From: Candidatus Firestonebacteria bacterium RIFOXYD2_FULL_39_29
GTDB lineage: Bacteria > Oederibacteriota > D2-FULL-39-29
DNA: 64,000 nucleotides
Assembly (NCBI GenBank): GCA_001778375.1
Contig: MFGV01000074.1
Coordinates: 9,651 to 73,650 of the forward strand
Direction of reading: 5' to 3'
Both the position numbers and the translations under genes were made by a program. Below the pieces are notes generated by a model. It ran no database searches, was not told the DNA's origin, and saw only the letters and a program-made list of their open reading frames with translations. The number at the start of each line of letters is the position of its first letter. Position 1 is the first letter of the stretch. Below, piece by piece: positions 9,608-19,460 of the stretch.

Positions 9608-10822
9608 ATGGAAGACTTTATTGTAGTAGGCGGAGGTCCTGCCGGAATAATGGCGGCAATAACCGCTTCAGATAATAAAAAAAATATATTGCTTCTAAAT
9701 AAAAATCCCGCCCTTGGACGTAAAATCCGCGTATCAGGAAACGGAAAATGCAATATTACCAATTCAGATTTAAATACAGATAAATACTGCGGTGATAAAA
9801 CCTTTCTGAAAAAAGTATTTGAGGAGTTTGACAACAAAAACCTGATTGCTTTCTTTGAAAAACGAGGGGTAATGCTAAAAACAGAAAGTTTTGGCAGGGT
9901 ACTGCCTGTGACTGAAAACTCGGCAAGTATTATTGATTGTCTGGAAGAAGAATTGATTTCTAATAAAGTTGCGGTCAAAAACGGAGAGCAAGTGCTTTCT
10001 ATAGTTAAAAATGAGAACAGTTTTTCGGTAAAGACCGGAAAAACTGTTTATGAAACGAAAAATGTACTTATATCCTCCGGAAGTTGTGCCTATCCCCAGT
10101 TGGGAGGCAGCAGTTCGGGATATGAACTTGCCGGGGAGCTTGGGCACACCATAATCCCGCTTAGACCTGCTATAGTGCCGGTTGAACTTGCCGGGAATTG
10201 GTTTTATAAGCTTCAGGGTGTGAGGGTGGAAGCAGAGCTTCAAATTTGCATGAAAAATGCAAAAAAAATATACAGAGGAGAGCTGCTTTTTACAAAGTAT
10301 GGGATATCCGGACCTTTAACTTTAGATGCTTCGTGCAGAATAATTGATGAAATTAAGAATAATGCGGAAGTATTTATCAATTTTCTCCCGTTTTATAAGA
10401 ATTCTACAGGTGAAGCTATAAGTGCCGCCTGGGATTTCAGGCCTGAAAAAACAGTATTTACTTTTCTTTCGGGTTTTCTTCCGAAGAAAATTGCTTTAGT
10501 TCTTCTTCCGCTTCTGGGTGTTAATATCTCAAAAAAATGTAAAGAACTAACAATAAAAGAAAGGGAAAATATAATATTATCTCTTTCAAAATGGCCGGTT
10601 ACTATAAAAGGTCCAAAAACCTACAAAGAAGCTATGGCCGTAGCCGGAGGAGTGGCGACAGAGGAAATAGATCCCTTAACTATGGAGTCAAAAAAAATTC
10701 CCGGACTGTATTTTGCTGGAGAAGTAATTGATGTGGCGGGTGAATCAGGCGGTTACAATATGCAGTTCGCGTTTTCCAGCGGATATATTGCCGGAATGGC
10801 GATAAAAAACAATAATAGATAA
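9608..10822 (+). CDS. FAD-dependent flavoprotein of the HI0933/BaiN family
   Basis: It has an N-terminal FAD motif (VVGGGPAGIMAA), RVSGNGKCNITN, and C-terminal GGYNMQFAFSSGYIAG. Confidence 0.75.
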   Translation: MEDFIVVGGGPAGIMAAITASDNKKNILLLNKNPALGRKIRVSGNGKCNITNSDLNTDKYCGDKTFLKKVFEEFDNKNLIAFFEKRGVMLKTESFGRVLPVTENSASIIDCLEEELISNKVAVKNGEQVLSIVKNENSFSVKTGKTVYETKNVLISSGSCAYPQLGGSSSGYELAGELGHTIIPLRPAIVPVELAGNWFYKLQGVRVEAELQICMKNAKKIYRGELLFTKYGISGPLTLDASCRIIDEIKNNAEVFINFLPFYKNSTGEAISAAWDFRPEKTVFTFLSGFLPKKIALVLLPLLGVNISKKCKELTIKERENIILSLSKWPVTIKGPKTYKEAMAVAGGVATEEIDPLTMESKKIPGLYFAGEVIDVAGESGGYNMQFAFSSGYIAGMAIKNNNR

Positions 10823-10962
10823 GCTATAAAATATATTATAGATTTATGACAATCGAAAGTTGATGAATATTACCCTTGCTGATTTAATTTAACTTGTTTT
10901 CTTTTCGGTATTATTATATATTGTATTAAAGTGGTAGCCGGAAATTTACGAGGTGTAAAAAA

Positions 10963-11469
10963 TTGAATAATCAAAATTTTAAGAAACTGTATTCGGATTA
11001 TCAGGGATTTGTAAAATATATTGTAAACAAGTTCACAAGTAATAAGGATGATGCGAAGGATTTGCATTCGCAAGTTTGGGAAAAAGCGTTTATTGCAAAA
11101 GATAAATATTCGCAAGATAAAAGTTTTTCAAAATGGATTTCCACGGTTACCCATAATACCTGTGTTGATTTTTTAAGAGGAAAAAAGCCTGTATATACCC
11201 TGGATGAGATTGACGAGTTCGGATATTTTGCTTCCGATAATTCGCTGGAATCAGAACGGTCAGAGAAGTACAGAATCTTAAAAGAAGCACTTTCAAAATT
11301 ACTTGATGAGGAGAAATCCATAATAATATTGTTTTATTTTGAAGATATGTCAATTAAATCTATAAGCAATAAATTTGGGCTGTCTAAAGGTACAGTTAAA
11401 GTCAGACTGCATAGATCAAGAGAAAAACTCCGTAATATCCTGGAAGATTCAGGATATTTTAATAAATAA
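10963..11469 (+). CDS. ECF-type RNA polymerase sigma factor
   Basis: A sigma-2 region (DLHSQVWEKAFIAKDKY...WISTVTHNTCVDFLR) and a sigma-4 HTH (LDEEKSIIILFYFEDMSIKSISNKFGLSKGTVKVRLHRSREKLRN) are present. The start codon is a non-ATG (TTG) as given in the ORF track. Confidence 0.75.
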   Translation: MNNQNFKKLYSDYQGFVKYIVNKFTSNKDDAKDLHSQVWEKAFIAKDKYSQDKSFSKWISTVTHNTCVDFLRGKKPVYTLDEIDEFGYFASDNSLESERSEKYRILKEALSKLLDEEKSIIILFYFEDMSIKSISNKFGLSKGTVKVRLHRSREKLRNILEDSGYFNK

Positions 11470-11568
11470 TCCTCAGTCTGTCAAAATCTCAATATCAGAA
11501 ATAGCGTTCTTTTTATGTATTATTTTAAATATATGTAACCTTTTTGATCTTCAATCGTACTATATAGT

Positions 11569-12759
11569 ATGAAATGCAAAAAAGCAGGGTATTACATAAA
11601 CCTTTTTCTTGATAAAGATTTGTCTGAAAAGAAAAAAATAAATCTCAAAATTCATTTAGAAGCCTGTGATTCATGCCGTAGAGAATTCGATACTTTAAAG
11701 AAAACTCATGAATTGTTGAATGACATTAAATATTCAAGTGAGAGTAAATTCCTATCTGCCATTTCCTCGGCATTACTCCCCAACGAAAAAGCCAAAAGCT
11801 TTTCTTTTTATCGCAAAAAAATAGCTTTTATTTCTGCGGTAAGTGTGTTTTCCCTGATCACTGCATTTTTCACGGTTAAGATTATCGAAAGCCGGGATAA
11901 TTCATTAATGAAGGGGCTGCATTATCTGGAAAAAACACAGAATGAAGACGGTTCATGGAACTCTAATATCTTTCAAAAAAGCATACCGGTGACGTCAATA
12001 ACGCTTTTAAGTATGATGGAAAATAAAACAAAATTTGACAAGGAAAAATATGATAAAATCACCTCAAAAGCAACAGCTTATCTTCTGAGTTCAGTTCAAT
12101 CAAACGGTATTATTATCGGTGATTCAAGAAAACGCGCAACTATACATGATCAGGCATTTGGGATACTGACATTGAGCAGGATTTACAGTCTCAATAAAGC
12201 TGAGGAAATAAAGTTTAAATTGGAATTAGCGGTGAAAGCAGCCGAAGCAAATCAAAAAGAGAAAGGAGGCTGGACATATTATTTTCATAGCTCCGCGGAA
12301 GATGTTATTGTCAGTGCGAATATGATTAAGGCATTGATAAAAGCAAAAGAATCCGGTATTCATTGTAATAATGAAGTAATTAATAAAGGATTGGGATTTA
12401 TTAAAACATATTCAGCCGACGGAAATTATAATTCTTATATTGTAAATGTTTTAGCAAAAAATACGCTGGTGTCAACCGAAAATAAGACAAAAACATTTGA
12501 TTTTAACCGGCACTTAAGCAAAATAACGAATGCTATTGTCGGGAAAGAAAGCGAAAAACCCTGTTTTTATTATCAGGATCTTTTGATCTATGATTATTAT
12601 CTGGACTATGTGAAGAAAAATGCCATGCAGCAAAAAAAAAATATATGCCGGTTTCTTCTGTTGAAACAGGATAAAGAAGGAAGCTGGACGAACTGTTCCG
12701 GAAAAAACTATGCTACCGCTATAGCAACGTATATTTTGGCGAAATACGGCGGCTCATAG
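11569..12759 (+). CDS. Putative zinc-finger (zf-HC2) anti-sigma factor with one TM helix and a periplasmic domain carrying prenyltransferase/terpene-cyclase-like repeats
   Basis: The N-terminus has HLEACDSCRREF. A TM helix lies near aa 85-105. The periplasmic part has repeated EDGSWN / EKGGWTYY / DKEGSWTN motifs. The gene is immediately downstream of the ECF sigma gene. Confidence 0.5.
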   Translation: MKCKKAGYYINLFLDKDLSEKKKINLKIHLEACDSCRREFDTLKKTHELLNDIKYSSESKFLSAISSALLPNEKAKSFSFYRKKIAFISAVSVFSLITAFFTVKIIESRDNSLMKGLHYLEKTQNEDGSWNSNIFQKSIPVTSITLLSMMENKTKFDKEKYDKITSKATAYLLSSVQSNGIIIGDSRKRATIHDQAFGILTLSRIYSLNKAEEIKFKLELAVKAAEANQKEKGGWTYYFHSSAEDVIVSANMIKALIKAKESGIHCNNEVINKGLGFIKTYSADGNYNSYIVNVLAKNTLVSTENKTKTFDFNRHLSKITNAIVGKESEKPCFYYQDLLIYDYYLDYVKKNAMQQKKNICRFLLLKQDKEGSWTNCSGKNYATAIATYILAKYGGS

Positions 12760-12778
12760 TAGATCGTTTGAATAAATC

Positions 12779-14956
12779 ATGAGGGAGAAGATGAAAAGAA
12801 TACTGGTGTTGGTAAGTATGGTGATATTATCAGGTTTTGTGGCTTATGCGCAGCAAGTAGATAAACTTGTTGAAAAAGAACAAATTACTATGGAAAGAAA
12901 AATAGAAGCGAATTCAAAAGATAAGATTGCGGCGGATATATCAGATGCAAAAAAAGAAAAAATATATCTTAGTCTTCCCGAAATTACAATTACGGCAACA
13001 CGTATAATAGATGATACATTTAATGTTTCCAAACCGGTCAGTGTTACCGGAGGGGATAGTTCTGTAATTCAAAAATCAATTATGATGAATGAAGCGCTTG
13101 ATGAATCTCCCGGAGTATTTATGCAAAAAACAACGCAGGGTCATGGATCACCTATCATAAGGGGTTTTATCGGAAGGGAAAATCTTGTTCTGATCGACGG
13201 TATAAGACTGAATAATTCCACATTAAGAAGCGGTCCTGTACAATATATGAACACTGTAGATAATTTTATGGTAGATAGAATTGAAATTGTAAGAGGTCCC
13301 GGCTCTTCTCTCTACGGAAGTGATGCTTTGGGTGGTGTGATAAATATAATAACGGAAAATCCTGTTTCCACTGTTCCATTCACGGCGAAAATAATAAGCA
13401 GGGGTGACAGCAGTGTTAATGGTACTGCAACAAGGCTAGAAGCAAACGGAAAAGCAGGGGAGTTTAATTATTTATTTGGAGGCACTTATAAAAATATAGG
13501 GAATTTACGGGCCGGAGGAAATTTTGGGGTTCTTACTCCAACCGGGTTTAATGAGCAGGATGCTAATGGAAAAATAAGTTATAATATTTCGAAAGATGCT
13601 GATGTTACTTTGAATTATCAATATACAAGGCAAAATGAGGTTCCTCGCTATGATTCATACAAAGGAGCAAGGATGTTCAGCGGAACCGGCGGATATGAAA
13701 AATATATTTACAACCCCCAGGAGAGGCATCTGGGTTGGATTAAGTATGAACAGCAAAATGTGTCTTCTTGGATGGATTCTTTCTCCGTTGCTGCCTCGTT
13801 TCAGCGTCAGTTTGAAGGAAGACAATTACAAAAGACGGGAAAAACAACAGTATCTGAATATGAAGATAATGTGGATACTCTGGGATTTACTCCGCAATTT
13901 ACTTCAAAAATAGATAATAATAAATTAGTTTATGGGTTTGAATACTACCAGGATTATGTCCAAAGCCGGTATTGGGATTATAATACCAATACTCAGTCAA
14001 GAGCGGAAGATTCTCTTAAAAGTACCTTTCCTGATGGTTCAAAATACAATACTGCAGGTGTGTTTTTGGCGGATGAATGGCAAGTTTCGGAAAATTTCAA
14101 GTTTATCCCGGAAGCAAGGTACAGCAGGTTCGAATATAACTCTATAATACGAGGGAACCCCGTAGTCAGTAATATTGGGGAGGTCTTTCAGAACATTACC
14201 GGAAATTTGGGGGCGATGTATAAAATCACAAAGGGTGTAAATTTATGCGGAAATATTTCCCAGGGTTTTAGAGCTCCAAATCTTGATGATCTTGTGACAC
14301 TTCGAGTCGAGAATCTGGGTATCGATGTTCCTAATTATGATCTAAGACCGGAAAAAAATACCAATATAGAAATAGGTGTCAAAGGTGAATTTGAAAGGAT
14401 AAATTGGTCGGCATTTTACTATTTTTCAGATGTTACCGACAAAATAGACAGAAAACCGGGAGATTATAACGGAGTTACTGTTATAGACGGAAAACCGGTT
14501 TATCAGAAGTTCAATATTGGAAAAGGACAGTTGCAGGGCTCGGAGCTAAACGGCAGGCTTTTCATTGACGATATGTTTAATTGGAGCATATATGGTAACC
14601 TTACATGGACTGAGGGCAAAAATCTGACCGATTGCGAGCCTTTAAGCCGGGTTCCTCCGTTAAACGGCATGCTTGGAGTTCGCTATGAAATTTCCGATTG
14701 GGGTTTGGAAGCTTATACAAAATTTGCAGGAAGACAGGATGCTCTGTCTACAAGAGATAAAACCGATTCAAGGATGGATCCAAACGGAACACCGGCCTGG
14801 TTTACATTAAATGCTCGCGGTAATCTAAAAATAAATGATAGTATAAAGATTAATAGCGGAGTGGAAAATATACTTGACCGGGGATACCGTCTTCATAGTT
14901 CGGGAGTTGATGCGTCAGGGATAAATTTCTTTTTGGGTATTGAAGCAAAATATTGA
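12779..14956 (+). CDS. TonB-dependent outer-membrane receptor
   Basis: It has a signal peptide and a plug domain (DESPGVFMQ...GSPIIRGF...VLIDGIRLN). GSDALGGVINIIT is present. The C-terminal barrel ends in an aromatic residue (Y). Confidence 0.8.
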   Translation: MREKMKRILVLVSMVILSGFVAYAQQVDKLVEKEQITMERKIEANSKDKIAADISDAKKEKIYLSLPEITITATRIIDDTFNVSKPVSVTGGDSSVIQKSIMMNEALDESPGVFMQKTTQGHGSPIIRGFIGRENLVLIDGIRLNNSTLRSGPVQYMNTVDNFMVDRIEIVRGPGSSLYGSDALGGVINIITENPVSTVPFTAKIISRGDSSVNGTATRLEANGKAGEFNYLFGGTYKNIGNLRAGGNFGVLTPTGFNEQDANGKISYNISKDADVTLNYQYTRQNEVPRYDSYKGARMFSGTGGYEKYIYNPQERHLGWIKYEQQNVSSWMDSFSVAASFQRQFEGRQLQKTGKTTVSEYEDNVDTLGFTPQFTSKIDNNKLVYGFEYYQDYVQSRYWDYNTNTQSRAEDSLKSTFPDGSKYNTAGVFLADEWQVSENFKFIPEARYSRFEYNSIIRGNPVVSNIGEVFQNITGNLGAMYKITKGVNLCGNISQGFRAPNLDDLVTLRVENLGIDVPNYDLRPEKNTNIEIGVKGEFERINWSAFYYFSDVTDKIDRKPGDYNGVTVIDGKPVYQKFNIGKGQLQGSELNGRLFIDDMFNWSIYGNLTWTEGKNLTDCEPLSRVPPLNGMLGVRYEISDWGLEAYTKFAGRQDALSTRDKTDSRMDPNGTPAWFTLNARGNLKINDSIKINSGVENILDRGYRLHSSGVDASGINFFLGIEAKY

Positions 14957-15027
14957 TCAGTAATTATCAGAAACAATTGTCTTAAAATATAGAAAAATAA
15001 AATGAAGAGTATTTCACTTTACTTGAT

Positions 15028-15190
15028 TGGACCCACATCTTGTATCAGTGTCCACCTTTGGTGAGATCTCGTCCGCAACAATAGTTTGTTGCGAGACCTC
15101 GCTATTGGGCGGGCTAAAGGCGGAGAATCCTGTAGCTCTGTAATCTCATCAAAAGATCCGCCAAATATAACTGGCGGAAGTGGAATTTTT
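15028..15190. repeat. Intergenic MITE/REP-like composite repeat, with a GAGATCTCG...CGAGACCTC palindrome and a GATCCGCC-N10-GGCGGAAG hairpin module
   Basis: It shares 25-40-nt blocks with 21035-21095, 27876-27960, 34071-34215, 35330-35400 and 35596-35672. Confidence 0.6.
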
Positions 15191-15210
15191 TTCGAAAAGG
15201 AGAATTAAAA

Positions 15211-15888
15211 ATGGAAAATAATAATTTCGACGGAAAAAGTAGTTCTAAAAGTGTATGGATTACCTGTCTTGTTGTTTTTCTATTCTTCGTACTCCAGCAT
15301 TACTTCAGGCGTTTTGGCCAGCCTATTCCAAATATATTTTTGAACGTAATGAATAAATCAATAGCTTTTACTTCTTTTACTATGATCTCTGCAGCGATCT
15401 TAACAGGCTCATTTGTAAAGATTTGGCCGAAAAAGTGGGAAAGCAAAGTACATTATATTAAAAGCTTTGGGATCCTAGGGTTTATCTTAAGTTTTATTCA
15501 TATCTTGATTTCTGTCATGATGTTTTCGGCCTCTTACTATCCGGATTATTTTACTCCTGAAAATAAAATGACTGCAGTATTTGCCCTTTCTTTGCTTCTG
15601 GGTTCGGCAGCTTTTGTATATTTTATGGCGGTAAGCTTTAATTTATTATCAAATATTATACAAAAGCACGGAACTATTAAAGCGCTTAATAATATTATCT
15701 ATATATTTTTACTCGGGCATATTTTTATATTAAAGTACGATGAATTGCTGGATAAAAACAGCTGGGCTAACGGGTTGCCCTCGGGCCATTTCGTCGGATT
15801 TCTTCTAACTATTGTTGTAATAATATTTTATGTGACAGCAATGTTTAAAGGCAAAAGTAAATCCGATAAAACCAAAGAGAATAGATGA
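15211..15888 (+). CDS. Polytopic membrane protein (about 6 TM) with conserved His residues in the TM helices; possibly a haem-b-binding ferric-reductase-like/MsrQ-like domain
   Basis: This rests on the hydrophobicity pattern and His residues in predicted helices (FIHILISVMMF, LGHIFIL). It lies between the TonB receptor and a porin-like gene. Confidence 0.3.
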   Translation: MENNNFDGKSSSKSVWITCLVVFLFFVLQHYFRRFGQPIPNIFLNVMNKSIAFTSFTMISAAILTGSFVKIWPKKWESKVHYIKSFGILGFILSFIHILISVMMFSASYYPDYFTPENKMTAVFALSLLLGSAAFVYFMAVSFNLLSNIIQKHGTIKALNNIIYIFLLGHIFILKYDELLDKNSWANGLPSGHFVGFLLTIVVIIFYVTAMFKGKSKSDKTKENR

Positions 15889-16994
15889 GAAAAATATTTG
15901 CGATAATAAGACTGGTTCTCTTGTTTACTCTTGGTGTTTATGCCCAGCAAAGTGAAATAGTAGTTGATAAAAGTGCGTCTGATACAAAAGAAAAGAAATC
16001 CGGAGAAGCATCAAAAGTACCTGCGCAAGTCAAGATTTCCGGGTTTACCCAGTTTTCCTACACTTCGGATCCGACATTAGGAGGGATAGAACCTTTTGCC
16101 GTAAAGACAGCCCGGGTGGGATTTAGCTGGAAGTTTAATGATTGGGCGGAGTTTAAAATTCAGCCGGATTTTTACGGTTTTGCCACTTCGACTTCAATAA
16201 CAACGGTAACTAACATATCAAATAAAGCTGTATCTGTAATTGCCGCGGTTCCGACAGTAAATTTTAAAGAGTTATGGGCGGAATTTATTGCCGATAAGGA
16301 TTTGTTAAGGGTAAAGGTCGGACAATACTTAGTTCCTTTTAGTTTTGAGAATAATTATCCGGCATCAAAAGCCAAAGTATTTGATACCCCTCAATTTTTA
16401 TCCAAAACAATTATTGCCAAATATGATTATGGTATTCAGCTTTGCGGTAATCTTCCGGGGGATAATATGAAAAACCTTCTTTCCTGGAGAGTGGGTATTC
16501 TTAACGGAACAACTTATGGCTCGGAAACGGATGGGATGAAAGATTTCTCCGGATATTTTGTTACAAAACCTATAAATGATTTTGAGTTCGGTATCTCTGC
16601 TTATACACGTCATATTGCCGCCTGCAATAAATATGAAACGCATTACGGATTTTACGGAAAATATGAAACAGAAGGCACATTGCCGTTGTTTACGACTTTT
16701 GAGTATATTGCCGGAAAAGATACGTCAGGCGTAAAGGATATTATGGATTTTGTATTTACTGTGGAAGCCAAGCCTTTTGTGATGTTTTTACCGTCACTTT
16801 CCTGTCTGGCTCCTGTTTTTAGATTTGAAAGATGGGATGAGAATATTTGGGACGGCAGTTATGTGTCATATTATACTGTTGGCTTGAACATTTACGCGGA
16901 CAAGTCCGTAAGGTTCCTGGCTGATTACGTGATAAAAAGTGATACTATCCCCGATAATAATAAATTTAACACCATGGTGCAAATAAATTATTAG
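15885..16994 (+). CDS. Outer-membrane beta-barrel porin-like protein (OprO/P-like?)
   Basis: It has a signal peptide (MRKIFAIIRLVLLFTLGVYAQ). Amphipathic beta-strands alternate through the sequence. The C-terminus is ...QINY. Confidence 0.4.
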   Translation: MRKIFAIIRLVLLFTLGVYAQQSEIVVDKSASDTKEKKSGEASKVPAQVKISGFTQFSYTSDPTLGGIEPFAVKTARVGFSWKFNDWAEFKIQPDFYGFATSTSITTVTNISNKAVSVIAAVPTVNFKELWAEFIADKDLLRVKVGQYLVPFSFENNYPASKAKVFDTPQFLSKTIIAKYDYGIQLCGNLPGDNMKNLLSWRVGILNGTTYGSETDGMKDFSGYFVTKPINDFEFGISAYTRHIAACNKYETHYGFYGKYETEGTLPLFTTFEYIAGKDTSGVKDIMDFVFTVEAKPFVMFLPSLSCLAPVFRFERWDENIWDGSYVSYYTVGLNIYADKSVRFLADYVIKSDTIPDNNKFNTMVQINY

Positions 16995-17170
16995 CAGGCT
17001 GCTGAAAAAATCTTAAAAAGAGTTTTTCATCAACCTGTTAGATTTCAGATAGACGGGTATCCTTCTTTGGATTTTGAATATGATATTTCTGTAGCCTTTA
17101 ATTTGAAAGTGTTGTATTATTGATACAGCTTCACTTTAGACTTGTCTTTTGGAATAGAGGAGAAACTAAT

Positions 17171-17914
17171 ATGTTGAAAGTATTTTCTGCAAGAGCCTGC
17201 GCTTTTCCGCTTATTGATGCGGCAAAAGAATTTGAAATATTGAATAAAGTTAAGGTCCAAATCGATGTTTGCAACAGGGGCTGTGTAAAACAATACAGTG
17301 AAGTTACTTCCGATGAGGGAGCTCCGAAAGCCGGACAGCCTGAGACTTTTCTTCAGGAGATAAGCAGGGGCGAAAATTACGATTTAGTGATAGGAAGTGC
17401 TGAGTATCTTCTTGATGACGGCGAATATCTGGGGTTAGTGCTGCCTGATATGAGAAAGACGATCGGATACCGCCGTTCTGTCTTGATAGTCCCGAAAGGT
17501 AATCCGAAAAAGATTAAAACCCTTGAAGATTGCGCAAAATCCGGAGTAAAGATCGGCATTTCATTGATAGATTGTTTGAAAGGGCTCTGGGAAGATGTAT
17601 CGGGAAGAGCAATGCTTATTGAACCGGTCCGAAAGAATATTACTCTGCATGTAAACGGATGCATCCATCTGGTTGACGCTGTCGCTGCCGGAAAGGTGGA
17701 TGTCGCTTTCGGGTGGAACACTTTTAATGAACTCTCTCCCGATCTGGAAATAGTCGAACTTGAAGAAAAATACCGGATATTTCGCGGTACATCTATTGCC
17801 GCTCTTAAATTCATCAAAGATAAAGAACTCGGAAAAAAGTTTATTGCCTTTTTAACTTCCGGAGCGGGGCTTGAACATTATAGAAAGCACGGCTGGGTTA
17901 TTCCGTCCAAGTAA
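17171..17914 (+). CDS. ModA-like periplasmic-binding-fold protein without a signal peptide (cytoplasmic molybdate/tungstate-binding paralogue?)
   Basis: It is paralogous to the products of 17932-18678 and 20146-20913 (...VPKGNPKKIKTLEDCAKSGVKIGI...VDVAFGWN...). A GAGGAG ribosome-binding site precedes the ATG at 17171. The N-terminus aligns to the mature end of ModA, not to a leader peptide. Confidence 0.45.
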   Translation: MLKVFSARACAFPLIDAAKEFEILNKVKVQIDVCNRGCVKQYSEVTSDEGAPKAGQPETFLQEISRGENYDLVIGSAEYLLDDGEYLGLVLPDMRKTIGYRRSVLIVPKGNPKKIKTLEDCAKSGVKIGISLIDCLKGLWEDVSGRAMLIEPVRKNITLHVNGCIHLVDAVAAGKVDVAFGWNTFNELSPDLEIVELEEKYRIFRGTSIAALKFIKDKELGKKFIAFLTSGAGLEHYRKHGWVIPSK

Positions 17915-17931
17915 ATTAGAAGGAGAAAAAA

Positions 17932-18678
17932 ATGCGTAAAATATTATTACCGGTAATATTCTGTCTTATCCTTGCCGGATTTGGCTGCGCGCGGTCAAAT
18001 CAAAAAGCTTTATTTGTTTACTGCGGGAACACGATGAGGCCGGCAATGGAACTTTTGGCAAAATCTTATGAAAAAAAGACAGGAGTTAAACTGGAGTTTA
18101 GTTTTGGCGATTCAAGCGAAATCTTTGCCCAGGTAAAGCTTTCGAAAAAAGGCGATATATTTATTGTTCATGAACCTTATATGGAACAATTTGCGAAGCA
18201 GGACCTTATTCTTGACTACAAGGATGCGGCATTTCTTCAACCCGTGCTGGTGGTTGCCGCCAATAATCCAAAAAATATAGAAGGGTTTAAGGATCTTGCA
18301 AAAAAAGGCATGCGTTTGGGATGGGGAGAACCGGAATTTTCTCTTGCGGGGAAATTAACTGAGGAGTATCTTAAAAAAGAAAAGATGTATAAAGAGCTTG
18401 CAATCAATGTTAAGGTGAAAACAAGAAGCAGTTCCGAACTCGCTAATGCGATAAAACTCGGGGCTATAGACGCGGCTTTTATCTGGAATGCTTCAGCAAA
18501 ACAATTCGAGAGTACATTGAAGGTTATAAAGCTGAAAAATGAGATTCAGGGAGCAAGGGTCTCTATTGCGGTGCTTAAGAGTTCTGAAAATCTCAAAGAG
18601 GCGGAAAAATTCCTTTCTTATGCTGTCTCTGATGAAGGGAAGCCGGCGTTTACTTCTTCGGGCTATAAAACAAAGTGA
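17932..18678 (+). CDS. Molybdate/tungstate ABC transporter substrate-binding protein (ModA/WtpA-like)
   Basis: It has a signal peptide with a lipobox-like GFGC. It carries FVYCGNTMRPAMEEL, GDIFIVHEP and AIDAAFIWNA, as in ModA. Confidence 0.6.
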   Translation: MRKILLPVIFCLILAGFGCARSNQKALFVYCGNTMRPAMELLAKSYEKKTGVKLEFSFGDSSEIFAQVKLSKKGDIFIVHEPYMEQFAKQDLILDYKDAAFLQPVLVVAANNPKNIEGFKDLAKKGMRLGWGEPEFSLAGKLTEEYLKKEKMYKELAINVKVKTRSSSELANAIKLGAIDAAFIWNASAKQFESTLKVIKLKNEIQGARVSIAVLKSSENLKEAEKFLSYAVSDEGKPAFTSSGYKTK

Positions 18679-19460
18679 ACATGGAAAAAATATTCCGCGG
18701 GACATTTTTCGGGCTGCTTGGAATCTACTTTCTTATAATAATGATACTGTTGCTCGGGGATATCGGGTATATCAGTATTTCTAATTTTAGGGAAGCCTTG
18801 GCGGCTCCAGAGATTCAATATGCTATAAAGCTTAGCCTTTTAACTTCCCTTGTTACCGCGGTTCTTTCCTTGATTGTCTCTGTGCCTGCGGCTTATGCGC
18901 TCGTAAGATTCAGATTTTTTGGAAGTAACTTTGTAGATGCTGTGCTGGATTTGCCTATTATCGTGCCTCCATTGGTTATCGGAATAAGCCTTCTGGTGTT
19001 TTATCAGACAGGGTTAGGCAATATTTTAAAATCTCATGGTTTTGATTTTGTCTATACAATACCCGGAATTGTGATAGCCCAGTTTGTCATCTCCTGCGCG
19101 TTCTGTCTTAAAACCATAAAAACCGCTTTTGAGGGAATGGATTCCCGGCTTGAGGATGTCGCAAAGACTTTGGGTTGTAATTCCTGGCAGGTCTTTTTCT
19201 GGATAACTCTTCCCATTGCCAAAAAGGGAGTTGTCGCTGCCGGAATAATTGCCTGGGCAAAAGCTATAGGAGAATTCGGCCCGGTTCTCGTATTTTGCGG
19301 TTCAACCAGATTTAAAACGGAGGTATTACCTACAACTATATTTCTGGAGCTTTCTATAGGCCGGATAGAGAGCGCCCTTGCCGTTTCGCTCCTTCTGGTA
19401 GGGTTCAGCATAGTTTCGTTAATGATCTTGAGATTATTTTTAAAAAGAGGGATACAATGA
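18675..19460 (+). CDS. ABC transporter permease (ModB-like)
   Basis: A polytopic protein with an EAA-like loop (AKAIGEFGPVLVFCGS). It overlaps both neighbours, in operon fashion. Confidence 0.65.
   Translation: MNMEKIFRGTFFGLLGIYFLIIMILLLGDIGYISISNFREALAAPEIQYAIKLSLLTSLVTAVLSLIVSVPAAYALVRFRFFGSNFVDAVLDLPIIVPPLVIGISLLVFYQTGLGNILKSHGFDFVYTIPGIVIAQFVISCAFCLKTIKTAFEGMDSRLEDVAKTLGCNSWQVFFWITLPIAKKGVVAAGIIAWAKAIGEFGPVLVFCGSTRFKTEVLPTTIFLELSIGRIESALAVSLLLVGFSIVSLMILRLFLKRGIQ

Noticed and set aside
11375-11572. 65-aa ORF between the sigma and anti-sigma genes
   Set aside because: It overlaps the end of the sigma gene in another frame and has an AT-rich low-complexity translation. It is probably not expressed.
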